Source: Candidatus Gottesmanbacteria bacterium
Lineage (GTDB): Bacteria; Patescibacteriota; Microgenomatia; UBA10105; UBA927
Reading direction: 5' to 3'
DNA: 64,000 nt
NCBI GenBank assembly: GCA_963790805.1
Contig: CAWBPL010000002.1
Location: 704,696 to 768,695, forward strand
Made by a program: the position numbers and the translations under genes. The notes under the pieces were generated by a model. It was given only the letters and a program-made list of their open reading frames with translations, was not told where the DNA came from and did no database searches. Shown piece after piece: positions 39,883-49,561 of the stretch. How positions within the stretch are numbered: position 1 is the stretch's first letter; every line of letters begins with the position of its first letter.

Positions 39883-39916
39883 CGCGAGGATTTGTTCTGT
39901 GATATAATTATAGGAT

Positions 39917-41014
39917 ATGACTGTTGAGTCCGTGAGAGCTGATTTGACCGTTTCTTCAATGCCGGCATTTTCTGTAGAATCTGGTGAATCGGATTGGCAG
40001 GAGCGAACGGGCGTTTTATTAGAAGATACCCATTTTAGTCTCATGCTTCCGATTCATAACGAAGCAATAAGCATGCCCGGTGTCTTGCGCGGGCTTGCGG
40101 AAAATCGTCTGCCGCAGCAAGCCGATATTCAGATAATTTTTGTGACGAACAATTGTACTGATGCAAGCGCGCCAATTGTTGACAAATTTCTCTCGGATAA
40201 CGGCCCCGTTGAAGATGTAAAGGATGAATCGCTTCTGGCCATAGATCCGAAAGTTCAAACTGTTAAACGGGTACAAGCCGGTGGTATGCAGCTATGGCAC
40301 ATTGATACGACAATGCAGAGTAAAGCAAATGCACTGAATCTCGGGATTGATGTGGCCATCAAGGCTGGTCATCAGATTGGCATTATCATGGATGCAGATG
40401 TACATCCGGATTCTGATGCTATAGCGCTCTTATTTGGTCAAGCATATGAGCATCTTGTTCGAAATCCCGATGATACGGCGTTATTAAATACAACCTTAAA
40501 AAATCTGAGCGATCATTCGCACTTGAAATTACCAAATGACCGTTTTGCAGGCGGTAGATTCCTCGCTTTCGATACAAACTGGATGAGTGAGACGGGAGGA
40601 GTGCCGCTTGTGGTAAATGAAGACATAGCGGTATCTAGGCTGGCAATACATGCTGGTAAAAAAATTACTCCGGTTCCGGAAGCAGCAGTGAGTGGATATT
40701 TACCCCAAACTATACGAGACATATTTGGTCAAAAAAAACGCACAATCATCAGTCACATGCAAATCGCATCTCTGTATAGTGAAACTATGCCTGATATTCG
40801 AGAATATGTCCTTCAGCCCCGTTACATGAGGCCCTTTCCGCAGCGGATTCGATTATTCGCTTCGACGTTTTTACGTCATCCCGATTCTATGTCAGACAGA
40901 CTGTTGCAATATCTTGTTGAAGAAATAGCTCTGATTCAGGCAAGAAAAGAGTATCGCGGAAATCCTAATACTGCTACATGGTCCCCGTTGCCTTCGACAA
41001 AAAAAGCATTGTAG
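39917..41014 (+). CDS. family 2 glycosyltransferase
   Basis: 365 aa. It has the GT2 N-terminal pattern FSLMLPIHNEAISMPGVLRGL...IIFVTNNCTDAS and a DxD-like IIMDADVHPD. Confidence 0.75.
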   Translation: MTVESVRADLTVSSMPAFSVESGESDWQERTGVLLEDTHFSLMLPIHNEAISMPGVLRGLAENRLPQQADIQIIFVTNNCTDASAPIVDKFLSDNGPVEDVKDESLLAIDPKVQTVKRVQAGGMQLWHIDTTMQSKANALNLGIDVAIKAGHQIGIIMDADVHPDSDAIALLFGQAYEHLVRNPDDTALLNTTLKNLSDHSHLKLPNDRFAGGRFLAFDTNWMSETGGVPLVVNEDIAVSRLAIHAGKKITPVPEAAVSGYLPQTIRDIFGQKKRTIISHMQIASLYSETMPDIREYVLQPRYMRPFPQRIRLFASTFLRHPDSMSDRLLQYLVEEIALIQARKEYRGNPNTATWSPLPSTKKAL

Positions 41015-41351
41015 GTTTACACGGCTTTTTTCCCCGCGGTGTATCGGCTGGCGACAAAAATTATCACGCGGATATTTCGTCGGATTATTGGTGTTACACA
41101 ATGCCTCAAATACCTGAATTTTGAAAACAAAGAATGGTCATCAGCAAATAAAGTTTGTTAAAGTGGGGCGATTGGGTAGTTTAAGTCCTCAATACATTGG
41201 ATCGTATCAACAGCCCGAATATTATTTTTGTTGGAATTGTGACAAGAACCGCGTGGCAGGTTCTTATTAAAAATTATAGTTGGGCCGGAAAACTTCGCGG
41301 CGGATTTTTGAGGAATGAATGCTTTAGTACTACGTCTGATATGGTTGGAGT

Positions 41352-42071
41352 TTATACCACACGAAGCTTGAAAATCCGCTCAAATAATTTGGTAAGCAAA
41401 AGTGTGAGGATAAGAAGGATAACGTTAATACCGAGAACTATACCGATACTGTTTGTGAGCGTTGTCACTATTGTTGTTGCGATGGTAAGAGCCGTTCCGG
41501 CGAGGGCTAAGCGAATCCCCACGAAATAGAGAACAGCGATGATTATGGTAAGCGCAATGGCAAACGGCAAAAACCCTTTGAGATCAGTGGGTGAAGAAAA
41601 CATGCTGTTACTGACGGCAAACATGAGATAGGCAGCTAGGATAAAAAAATATGTATTGGGGTTTTGAAACAGGGGAATATCTGATTGCTGTACGGAATGG
41701 ATAAGCTGCGGCAAAAAGTACGAAACAGCGGTGAGCATAAGAATTCCCCAGAAAATCGGCGCCAGACCGATCGCATATTTCCGGAAGGGGTCGGTTTCAG
41801 CGATCTGAACGCTTCCGCTTTTGATGCGCTCATCGCGGATGCTTTCCGGTTCGAGCATCAATTTTCCCGTCCGGACGCCCAGAATTTCAGCAGTAAACAG
41901 GTGGGAAAGCTCGTGGACGACGGTTCCCGGAAACTCAAGAACCAGAAGAAGTGTTAAGGCAACGGTGCGGGACCGGAAAAGAAGGAGGAAAAACCGGAAA
42001 AGATCGCGGGTGAGCCATCGGGAGAGAAAGAAAAGGACAACAAGCTCGATGACGAGGATAAGAAAAAGCAT
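41352..42071 (-). CDS. polytopic membrane protein with an HExxH motif (putative intramembrane/zinc metalloprotease-like)
   Basis: 239 aa with about 6 TM helices. It contains FPGTVVHELSHLFTAEILG. The family assignment is uncertain. Confidence 0.5.
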   Translation of the reverse strand: MLFLILVIELVVLFFLSRWLTRDLFRFFLLLFRSRTVALTLLLVLEFPGTVVHELSHLFTAEILGVRTGKLMLEPESIRDERIKSGSVQIAETDPFRKYAIGLAPIFWGILMLTAVSYFLPQLIHSVQQSDIPLFQNPNTYFFILAAYLMFAVSNSMFSSPTDLKGFLPFAIALTIIIAVLYFVGIRLALAGTALTIATTIVTTLTNSIGIVLGINVILLILTLLLTKLFERIFKLRVV

Positions 42072-42095
42072 GACTCCAGTATCGGTGATTACGGG

Positions 42096-44954
42096 CTAGT
42101 TGGCAAGTTTTTTGATGAAAAGAAACGGTAAGGGCAGAAGAATAAATCCGATCCACTCGAGGATTTGCGGCCAGAAAAAGATGTAGACAGTTGTTGGGGT
42201 GTTGGAAGCCGGTAAATTCCATCCGTTTGCCCAGTTATTGACGAGCACGTGGGTTCCTGCCGGCCGAATAAAGGGAAATGTGCGGTTTGGTACAAGAGCC
42301 AGCCAGTCTGAATCATATGATTGAGAGAGGATGAGCGTTGATGGTTCATTGACGCTTTTCGTTAATTGAACGCGATAATAGGCTGGGTTCGGATGACTGA
42401 TTGTCGGCTGTGTCGTCTGGGATGATGGTTGGTCTTGGCGGGTAAATACCTTCATATTTACCATGAGATTGTACGGTATTTTGTATATTCGTATTCGTTT
42501 AATATCGTTGGTAGTTTCATATCTTCCGATGCTATCGTTGGTGAAGTAAACAGAATATCCCAACCCGTCAGAAGCAAGCGGCGGTAGCACAAAATAGGTT
42601 GTTTGCCACGTCGTATCCGTAGGAAGAAGCGTCTCAAGCTCTATATGTTTTGCCGTTTCATTAATAAGGGAAAAAAGCATGGGTTTGCCCGTTTCGTGCC
42701 TGCTTTCAACCGCCACGAGATAGCCTTCCCGATGCGTGAGGTTTCCGGTTTCAAATGAAAGACAGTTTCTCTGGTTGAGCGCATTGAACTCAAGAAAAGC
42801 CCCGTCCGGTCCTGCTTTATTTAACGCCTGTGTCGTACCTTCTTCCAGAAGTCCGCATTGAAGTACAAATTGCGATGAAAGGTTATTTGTGCCGTCAGAA
42901 TCATACATCAAATCGTTTTTCTTTAAGATGCTTGCGGCGGTTGCAACACGTGTTGATGCAACAGTGATGGCCGTCGGAGTTTCCTGAATGGAGAATTCTC
43001 TTTCATTGACGGAGCGTTTGGTAAAAAGTGACCGGTAGGGATAGACAATGTCCGCCTCAGACCGATCCGGCACCGCGATATAATTCCCAAGCGTTTGATA
43101 GGCAACATCATTATCTGTCCATTGATATTGCGGATATACGGATGGAGCGTTCGTGATAAGAGAGATATAGGAGTTTGCCTCAATTCCGTTTCGTTCGTAT
43201 AAAGAAAGCTGTCCGAATGTGCGAAGTAGTCTGATAGTCGGCATGGAAGCAAGAAGATCTTTCGTTTCCTCACTAAACAGTGCACGGCTATTATCCGTTG
43301 TTGTCTGATAATTATCGATGAGAATATACTGGATATCATATTTGGAGAAAACCGACAGAAGCGCTCCCTTATCTTTTGCGTATAGAGCGCGTGAAAGCTC
43401 CCAGTAGTAATTTTCATTGGTATTGCTCCACGGGTCAAAGGCGCGGTCCATCGTAGCCTGCGGTAAGCCCATCCAGAGGAACCCTGATCCGCGATATCCG
43501 AAACGATAAAACTTCCAGCTCCAGTAGTCGGGTTGTGGCAGTAATGCAATTCTGGCGTTCGGGTTTTGGTGCTGCATGTAATTCATAAGGGAAAAATAAT
43601 CAGAGGGTATAGCAATGCGAAGGTTTGGGTAGAGAAAGTTGCCTTGAAATGCCGGAAAGCTGAGAAGCAAGACTGCAGCAATACATACTGTTATGAGAAT
43701 GAGTTTTGCTCTATTGCTTTTCACCAAGCGGATAAGCGAAGTTATTCCGATAACAAAAAGTACGCTATAAGATAATGCAAACAAGAGGCTGAATTTGGTA
43801 AACGGAAATCTGAATGCATCGCGAAAAAATGGAATTATTTGTTGAAACCAAAACGTCACGTTCCGGACAACGGGAATATCGTTCCCTAACAGGATAAAAC
43901 ATGCGAGAAATACCACCGCAAATCCGATAAATTGTCTATTTTTCGACCGGAACGTTGCCGCAAGTCCGAAAAGACATATGAGCGCGATTACTCCCGAAAC
44001 GATCAGTATGAGCGGATTATTTATGTAGCTTCGCCATGGAGCCATCATAAAGGAAAACGTGTCGTTTTTGCCCAGATCTTGATAATTCAAGCTGAATCCC
44101 CGCAGAAGCAGTACGTCTTTAAGGTCTCCAAACTCCTGATTACGCGCAAAAATGTCGTCATTGCTCATCTGATTGATTTTTGCGTTTGCAATAACCGGAG
44201 CGTTATGTGGTAATCCCGCGATATATGGTAGCATCCAGAACGCGTTGACCAAAATAAATCCGATCAATGCAACGGCGAGTCTGGGCGCTATATGGTGGTT
44301 TTGGATGAATTGAACAAGAGAAATAGCGCCTAAAAGAATAAACACGGGGAAGACAAACGGGGTTACAAAATATTGCGGTGTAGAAAGCAGAGCAATGCCC
44401 AAAAAGATGAAGAGTGATTTCCTTGTATTGTTTTTATAATATTTCATCAGGCTCCATGCGAGCCACGGAAGGCTGGCAAAATGGACGCTGAAGGCTTCAA
44501 GGGGAGCATAAAACATCTGTATGGTCATGAGATTGAGCATGTAGAACAGAGCTCCAAGAACGCTCAGAGTTTTACGATGGTTGGTGTGTAAGTCGTCGAG
44601 AAGTGATTGAATAAGCGCATAGACGCCGATGCCGCCCGCAAGGTGTGTCAGGAACGTAAATGTGTATCGAAGAAGTGTTGTCGGCAGCAAGACGGAAAGT
44701 CCCAAGATAACGAATGTGTGAATCAAATTGGCCACGTGCGACATGCCGTCAAAAAGTCCTGCCCCACGATATTCGACCCAGACGCCGGCGAGACTTCGTA
44801 TGATAGCGGAAGGGAAATGGAGTTCGGGCATGATATTATCCCAGCCGGCCAGAATTGTGTTGGGTGTATAGTTTACGGCAAACAGGATAGTTTCGAGGAC
44901 AAAAAGAATAGCAAGCGGCCAGTAACGTTTAAGAGCCTGTATAGCTGGTTTCAT
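42096..44954 (-). CDS. large polytopic membrane protein, putative GT-C-type (YfhO/arabinofuranosyltransferase-like) glycosyltransferase
   Basis: 952 aa. The N-terminal part has about 12 TM helices, followed by a large soluble domain and a terminal TM helix. It overlaps the upstream GT2 gene by 26 nt. The call rests on architecture only. Confidence 0.55.
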   Translation of the reverse strand: MKPAIQALKRYWPLAILFVLETILFAVNYTPNTILAGWDNIMPELHFPSAIIRSLAGVWVEYRGAGLFDGMSHVANLIHTFVILGLSVLLPTTLLRYTFTFLTHLAGGIGVYALIQSLLDDLHTNHRKTLSVLGALFYMLNLMTIQMFYAPLEAFSVHFASLPWLAWSLMKYYKNNTRKSLFIFLGIALLSTPQYFVTPFVFPVFILLGAISLVQFIQNHHIAPRLAVALIGFILVNAFWMLPYIAGLPHNAPVIANAKINQMSNDDIFARNQEFGDLKDVLLLRGFSLNYQDLGKNDTFSFMMAPWRSYINNPLILIVSGVIALICLFGLAATFRSKNRQFIGFAVVFLACFILLGNDIPVVRNVTFWFQQIIPFFRDAFRFPFTKFSLLFALSYSVLFVIGITSLIRLVKSNRAKLILITVCIAAVLLLSFPAFQGNFLYPNLRIAIPSDYFSLMNYMQHQNPNARIALLPQPDYWSWKFYRFGYRGSGFLWMGLPQATMDRAFDPWSNTNENYYWELSRALYAKDKGALLSVFSKYDIQYILIDNYQTTTDNSRALFSEETKDLLASMPTIRLLRTFGQLSLYERNGIEANSYISLITNAPSVYPQYQWTDNDVAYQTLGNYIAVPDRSEADIVYPYRSLFTKRSVNEREFSIQETPTAITVASTRVATAASILKKNDLMYDSDGTNNLSSQFVLQCGLLEEGTTQALNKAGPDGAFLEFNALNQRNCLSFETGNLTHREGYLVAVESRHETGKPMLFSLINETAKHIELETLLPTDTTWQTTYFVLPPLASDGLGYSVYFTNDSIGRYETTNDIKRIRIYKIPYNLMVNMKVFTRQDQPSSQTTQPTISHPNPAYYRVQLTKSVNEPSTLILSQSYDSDWLALVPNRTFPFIRPAGTHVLVNNWANGWNLPASNTPTTVYIFFWPQILEWIGFILLPLPFLFIKKLAN

Positions 44955-45822
44955 AACCGTATTTAGGCAACGAACCTGAAAGTTTGACGATGCCTTTCAT
45001 ATATAAGTATAACGGTAAAATAACCCGTTCGGGAAGAAGGGTAATAACAAGAGTTTGTGCAAGAGTAAACGCAATTCCTTTTATGGTTGGCACATATCCT
45101 GATGCAACAGCCTGAATACGGATATTGAGCGTGTTATAAAATCGTTCTTTCGGGTTAGTAAAGCTGTCATTGTCGCCATGCACGCGATAATCCAGCAATG
45201 CTTCGGGCAAATTGGCGAACGTCCCGAGATTGAGGAATTCGAAAAACGTAAACAGATCGTTGTTGGCGGAATACTTGATTTTGTAGAGGTAAGACCGTTT
45301 CGGCAGAAGCCGCTTACGGATCATGACCGACGGGTGGATGATCGGATGGAAGATACAATATGCATTGTATATATCTTGATGAGTGAAGGGTACATTTTTA
45401 TCTCCGATGACGTCTCCTTCGCGGTTGATGACGCGTGCTTGTGAACCTAAAAGGAGAATATCTGGATGTTTTTGCATGTACGCGACCTGTTTGACTATCC
45501 GGTCAGGGTGGGACACATCATCCGCATCCATGCGGGCAATAAACTGCCCCTTGGCTCTGCGAAAGCCGATGTTGGCACATGCATCGCCCCCTTTGTTCAG
45601 GCGTTTTTTCAGCCGGATGGATTTGATGATGGCAGGGTAGCGTTTCTTGTATCGGGCGATAATTTTACCCGATCCATCGGTTGACGCATCGTTTACTATA
45701 ATAAGTTCGATATTCTTATAGCTTTGCCGCACGATGCTTTCGATGGCTTCCACGAGAAAATCTCCGGCATTATAAACCGGCATGATGATGGATACTAATG
45801 GATACTTTTTCAGCTTCTTCAT
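44929..45822 (-). CDS. family 2 glycosyltransferase
   Basis: VSIIMPVYNAGDFLVEAIESIVRQSYKNIELIIVNDASTDGS plus ARMDADD (DxD). Confidence 0.85.
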   Translation of the reverse strand: MKKLKKYPLVSIIMPVYNAGDFLVEAIESIVRQSYKNIELIIVNDASTDGSGKIIARYKKRYPAIIKSIRLKKRLNKGGDACANIGFRRAKGQFIARMDADDVSHPDRIVKQVAYMQKHPDILLLGSQARVINREGDVIGDKNVPFTHQDIYNAYCIFHPIIHPSVMIRKRLLPKRSYLYKIKYSANNDLFTFFEFLNLGTFANLPEALLDYRVHGDNDSFTNPKERFYNTLNIRIQAVASGYVPTIKGIAFTLAQTLVITLLPERVILPLYLYMKGIVKLSGSLPKYGYETSYTGS

Positions 45823-45861
45823 GTTTCGTCAACCTCGAACCATACGGTTCGGGATTGGCCT

Positions 45862-46050
45862 TAGTCAGCAACCTTCTTTATTAGAACCTGCCGTTTCTAA
45901 AAATTCGAGTTGCTGACTAGGGCGAGCACAGTGTTTTGTTGATAGATTTATCCTAAATAAGGATATTAAGCCCGTGAGGACTCTATCAAACAAAAACACT
46001 GTGCATCGCACATTCAAGCGGAGGAGCTCCGCGATAATTTGCGAAGCTCC
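45862..46050. repeat. cluster of three strong hairpins
   Basis: (1) TAGTCAGCAAC (45862-45872) pairs with GTTGCTGACTA (45909-45919), an 11-bp perfect stem. (2) GCACAGTGTTTTGTTGATAG (45926-45945) pairs with CTATCAAACAAAAACACTGTGC (45983-46004). (3) GGAGCTCCGCGATAATTTGCGAAGCTCC (46023-46050). Confidence 0.7.
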
Positions 46051-46110
46051 TTTTGCTCGCATGTTGGGTCGAGGCGGACCAGTGTTGGGACACATGGTTG
46101 CCTCCTTCGC

Positions 46111-46797
46111 CTACGGTAATGTAGACGGGATGGACGCGCTGCCAGTCATGACGACGGTCTTGAACAGGCCGTTGTCTAACGTGGTCTGGTATTGCTTGTA
46201 GCCACCATTGTTCGCCTTGAGATTCAGACGATCAACGATGTGTACGGCTACATCCGCCAGCACCTGGTCAACGCTGCACGAGCCTGGATATTCCCAGACG
46301 TGCCCACCAGTAAATGCATAGTTCACGGTATAGCGGCCGGATGGAAATACAGACTCGTATTCCGGACCATTCGTGAACCATTCCGCTTGAATATAGCCAC
46401 CAGGCGCTGTAGAGATCTCGGTGAGACCTTTCAGCTGGTAATCATTGATTACCTGACAGGTGGTTACATTGGCGGCTGTGGGCGTCGGCTGGATCGGTTC
46501 GGTGGTCGGCGTGCTACTCGGACCCACGGTTGGCGGGACTGCGGTTGGCGCGAGCGTTGCAGTCGGGGTAACCTGGCCCAAGAGTCTGGCCGCTTCGGCA
46601 TTGGCATTCGCGATGGTCTGCGCATCCTCTTGCGATTGCGCTGTTCCTGTCGCATAAAACTGTGCCGTTGCCACGATTTCCGTCGCCTGCGACTGCGCTC
46701 CACTTGGAGTGGGTGCCGGTGCCAACGGATTATTGCATGCCGTCATGAGCATGCTAGCTATCATTAGGATAGCCGTGAGGGTGTAGATCTTTTTCAT
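46111..46797 (-). CDS. lipoprotein (secreted, PT-rich linker plus C-terminal domain)
   Basis: Preferred start is MKKIYTLTAILMIASMLMTAC, with the lipobox LMTAC. The upstream 16 codons of the track ORF (to 46845) lack signal-peptide character. Confidence 0.6.
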   Translation of the reverse strand: MKKIYTLTAILMIASMLMTACNNPLAPAPTPSGAQSQATEIVATAQFYATGTAQSQEDAQTIANANAEAARLLGQVTPTATLAPTAVPPTVGPSSTPTTEPIQPTPTAANVTTCQVINDYQLKGLTEISTAPGGYIQAEWFTNGPEYESVFPSGRYTVNYAFTGGHVWEYPGSCSVDQVLADVAVHIVDRLNLKANNGGYKQYQTTLDNGLFKTVVMTGSASIPSTLP

Positions 46798-47404
46798 GAT
46801 ATTCTCCAGTCTGTTTGAATATGAGGTTGATTTGGAACTGAACATTGGAACATTTTGGAACTTTTGACTTTTTTTGGTGAGTTACCACCTCCTCTCTTAT
46901 TTGGATTTATTTTCGGCGAAAAGCATGCCTATTACGATTCTGAACCGGTTCAGAACCATAATCGGCATGCTTAGCCGGAATCCAAGAAAGGATCAACCAT
47001 TGGAGAGTACCGAAAGATCTTTCACCTTGCCGTTTTCCTAACCTAACCTAAACCTTTCCATCTAATAACCCAACAAATTGTGAATGTGCGACTATTGATC
47101 GGAACAGGCGTATGGGTAGTCGCTTCAGATGCAAATATCATGGCGGCTGCCAATCGTGTCCATTCGTCTCTCACCCGTTTCAAATGCTTCCCTTGACTTC
47201 GCTCGGGATACCTTATCCTGAGTTTGCTAGGGATGAACCCGGGAGTCAGGATTGCCAGTCGCAATCCTCACTTCCGAATTCGGCTTCCATTGGCCAAACA
47301 AAAACCGGCTTCCTTATTCGGGTCCGCCGGTCACATATTCTTTCGTATTAAATTTTAATTTCGTATTATTGGCCGGCAGACCAAAGGATCATATGTATTA
47401 CGCT

Positions 47405-48070
47405 TTAGCCTTTCTTTTTTCCTTTCAAAAGTGCAAATCCGCCCAATGCTACGCCTGCAAACGGGATAAGCATGACCATGTCATCGTAGCCAGCAACCGG
47501 CAGGGTCGTGACTGCGCTGGCAGTTCCGTTTTGCAGACATGCCTGTGCGCTATCTGAGTCATCCCGATTTAACGCGGTGACTTCAGCAACGTTGGTGACG
47601 CAGAACAAGCTTGTTCCGGCAGGAAACTGAGTTGCCGGCGCCACCTGAAACCTGAGATCAAATGATCGCGTTTCACCGGCTATAAGATTCGATAATTGAA
47701 ATGTAAGGATATGATTTGTTGAGTCAAAGCTGAACGTTCCCGGCTGTCCGCCGATGAATCCGGTGACATACGGGGGAAGCGTATCTTTGACATTGACGGG
47801 GTTAAATGTCTGACCGCTGTTGTTGGTAATGATCAGGCGGTAATCGATTTCAGCGCTCGGTGTAAACGTCGGATCTGTGGTTCCGAGATTTTCAACATAG
47901 ACATTTGTTATAGGGTTTTTAACTTGTTTGTTTACCACCAGATCAGACGGTTGGCATGTCGTTGACCCGCCATATTGTGTGGTACACATGTCTGCGTTGA
48001 CGCGAGGCGCCAGAACGAAAGCGCTTGCGAGAATTCCGATGACTGAAAAGATGATGCTTTGTTTGTTCAT
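47405..48070 (-). CDS. DUF11-like repeat surface protein with an LPVAG sorting signal
   Basis: 221 aa. It has a signal peptide and IDYRLIITNNSGQTFNPVNVKDTLPPYV (conserved-repeat/DUF11 pattern). The C-terminus reads TTLPVAG-YDDMVML-hydrophobic-KGKKKG. A sortase gene is adjacent. Confidence 0.7.
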   Translation of the reverse strand: MNKQSIIFSVIGILASAFVLAPRVNADMCTTQYGGSTTCQPSDLVVNKQVKNPITNVYVENLGTTDPTFTPSAEIDYRLIITNNSGQTFNPVNVKDTLPPYVTGFIGGQPGTFSFDSTNHILTFQLSNLIAGETRSFDLRFQVAPATQFPAGTSLFCVTNVAEVTALNRDDSDSAQACLQNGTASAVTTLPVAGYDDMVMLIPFAGVALGGFALLKGKKKG

Positions 48071-48156
48071 ACTTTATAGATTGATATCTTTTTAGACAGT
48101 TTGAGGAGTTTACCACTATTCAAATACTTTGTCAAGTATTATGGGTCTTATAAATA

Positions 48157-48849
48157 TTAAATATTCAATCCCTGCTCATCGACAAGGTTGGCAAAAATAA
48201 GAAGCCTTTGTGCTGTGCTTCCGGGCGGCCAGCAGGTTTCAAGAATCAGGTTCTTTTTACCGGCAGAGGGGACAAGGTATTGGGTTGCAGTTGAGGAGAC
48301 CACCTGTTTATCGGTGATCTGGTAGGAATAGCGTACCCCTTTATATATAAGGATGACTAAATCGCCGTTATCGAGGTTTTTGACGAGGTAAAAGACGGCA
48401 TTGAGATCCTTGACGAACCAGTCATAATTGGTCGAGTGGGAAAACAGGTAGACCGTCCCATTCTGGTCCGGTAGGAAGGATGTGGAAGCCTGCGCAACGC
48501 CGTTTAAGAGTGCCTTGTCATACTGGTCCGGCTTGGCAGGATCGACATTTGCAACAACAGGGGCGTTTATGCCTATTTTGGGTACGATAATCGAAAAGTC
48601 CTCGCTTGCCGGAGTTATCGTGCTCCCATCAGGGGCTTTAAGCGGCTCAAAAACCACAGGTACGGATTTGGGAAGTTCCGGCTTAGGGGTCTCAAGCGCC
48701 TCGGCAACAGCCAATTGTGCACGGCTGGCTATATACCCTGCCTCGAGCCGTATATTGGGCGTAAACGGTCCGACGATGCCGCCTAACCCCAATGCCAGAA
48801 GCATGAGTCCCAAAAATTGGGAAACCGGCACAGGCATGCGGAAGGTCAT
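48157..48849 (-). CDS. sortase family transpeptidase (start moved to the internal Met)
   Basis: MTFRMPVPVSQFLGLMLLALGLGGIV is the TM anchor. His context is TVYLFSHST. The Cys motif is LILETCWPPGS, followed by Arg (QRLLIF). The track's 5' extension to 49110 runs through repeat copy A3. Confidence 0.75.
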   Translation of the reverse strand: MTFRMPVPVSQFLGLMLLALGLGGIVGPFTPNIRLEAGYIASRAQLAVAEALETPKPELPKSVPVVFEPLKAPDGSTITPASEDFSIIVPKIGINAPVVANVDPAKPDQYDKALLNGVAQASTSFLPDQNGTVYLFSHSTNYDWFVKDLNAVFYLVKNLDNGDLVILIYKGVRYSYQITDKQVVSSTATQYLVPSAGKKNLILETCWPPGSTAQRLLIFANLVDEQGLNI

Positions 48850-48900
48850 GCTTCTTGAATGGAGTTTAGAAATCCTTTTAGTGTTAAACAGCGTACGGGT

Positions 48901-48973
48901 GACGCGGGCAGAGGGGCTCCCAAGAAGGGGTCCCCTTGTGGGTGTTCTTGGGAGAAAGCCCGCGGCAGGACCC
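48901..48973. repeat. palindromic interspersed repeat, family A copy 3 (short form)
   Basis: GACGCGGGCAGAGGGGCTCCCAAGAA-N18-TTCTTGGGAGAAAGCCCGCGGCAGGACCC. The flanks match copies A1 and A2. The stem is a perfect 10 bp (CTCCCAAGAA/TTCTTGGGAG). Confidence 0.75.
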
Positions 48974-49233
48974 CAAGTGTGATTGGTAGGGAGTAAGTTG
49001 ACGAACGGCACCTCGGGAATAGCCTGAATAAGCACGGTTTTCGTACACGCACTGTCCGTACAGTTTGTATGGTTGTAGCAGTATTCGTAAATGACCTGCC
49101 AAGAGTTCATAGTGTAGGGCGAAATTATACACTATAGGTCAAGAAAGAGCAAATAAGCCACGCTGATTTGTACGGCGCATATTGTATAGAATTGTGGACA
49201 GGTTTATACTATTGGTGATTATTTTTTGAATAT

Positions 49234-49560
49234 ATGGGAAGAAAGACAAAAGAAGACTTTCTTACATCCAGCGCGATGCAGTTGGGCTTTGATGTCAGCT
49301 CGGTTTCTCTGGCTCAGGATGGGACGAAAGAGCTTACGGTCGAAGACTTACCGGGTTTTTCTCGCAACGTTCCTGCGCACGTTCAGACCGCCATTACACA
49401 GCAGGCGGCCGATTGTGGTGTAGATGTTCGTCTATATCTTTTTGCATATCACAGGTACCCTACGACATTTGAAGCGTTTTTGGATGCATATAAAGAAAGC
49501 GGCGGTTCTATTTCGCAGGCGGTAAACATTATGTCGAAAGACGAGACTTCAAGAGCGTAG
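49234..49560 (+). CDS. hypothetical protein
   Basis: 108-aa ORF with no recognisable motif. Confidence 0.4.
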   Translation: MGRKTKEDFLTSSAMQLGFDVSSVSLAQDGTKELTVEDLPGFSRNVPAHVQTAITQQAADCGVDVRLYLFAYHRYPTTFEAFLDAYKESGGSISQAVNIMSKDETSRA

Positions 49561-49561
49561 T

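Noticed and set aside
41197-41529. 110-aa plus-strand ORF overlapping the 3' part of the HExxH membrane protein gene
   Set aside because: The minus-strand 239-aa ORF has a coherent multi-TM profile and a motif. The plus-strand ORF is Arg/Ile-rich and looks like an antisense artefact.
46846-47404. A firm call of RNase P RNA, or of SRP RNA (GGACCCGAATAAGGAAGCC versus GGUCCGGAAGGAAGC)
   Set aside because: There are only partial motif resemblances, and I could not build the P1/P4 pairing or the SRP helix 8 symmetric and asymmetric loops. It is kept only as a low-confidence candidate structured RNA.
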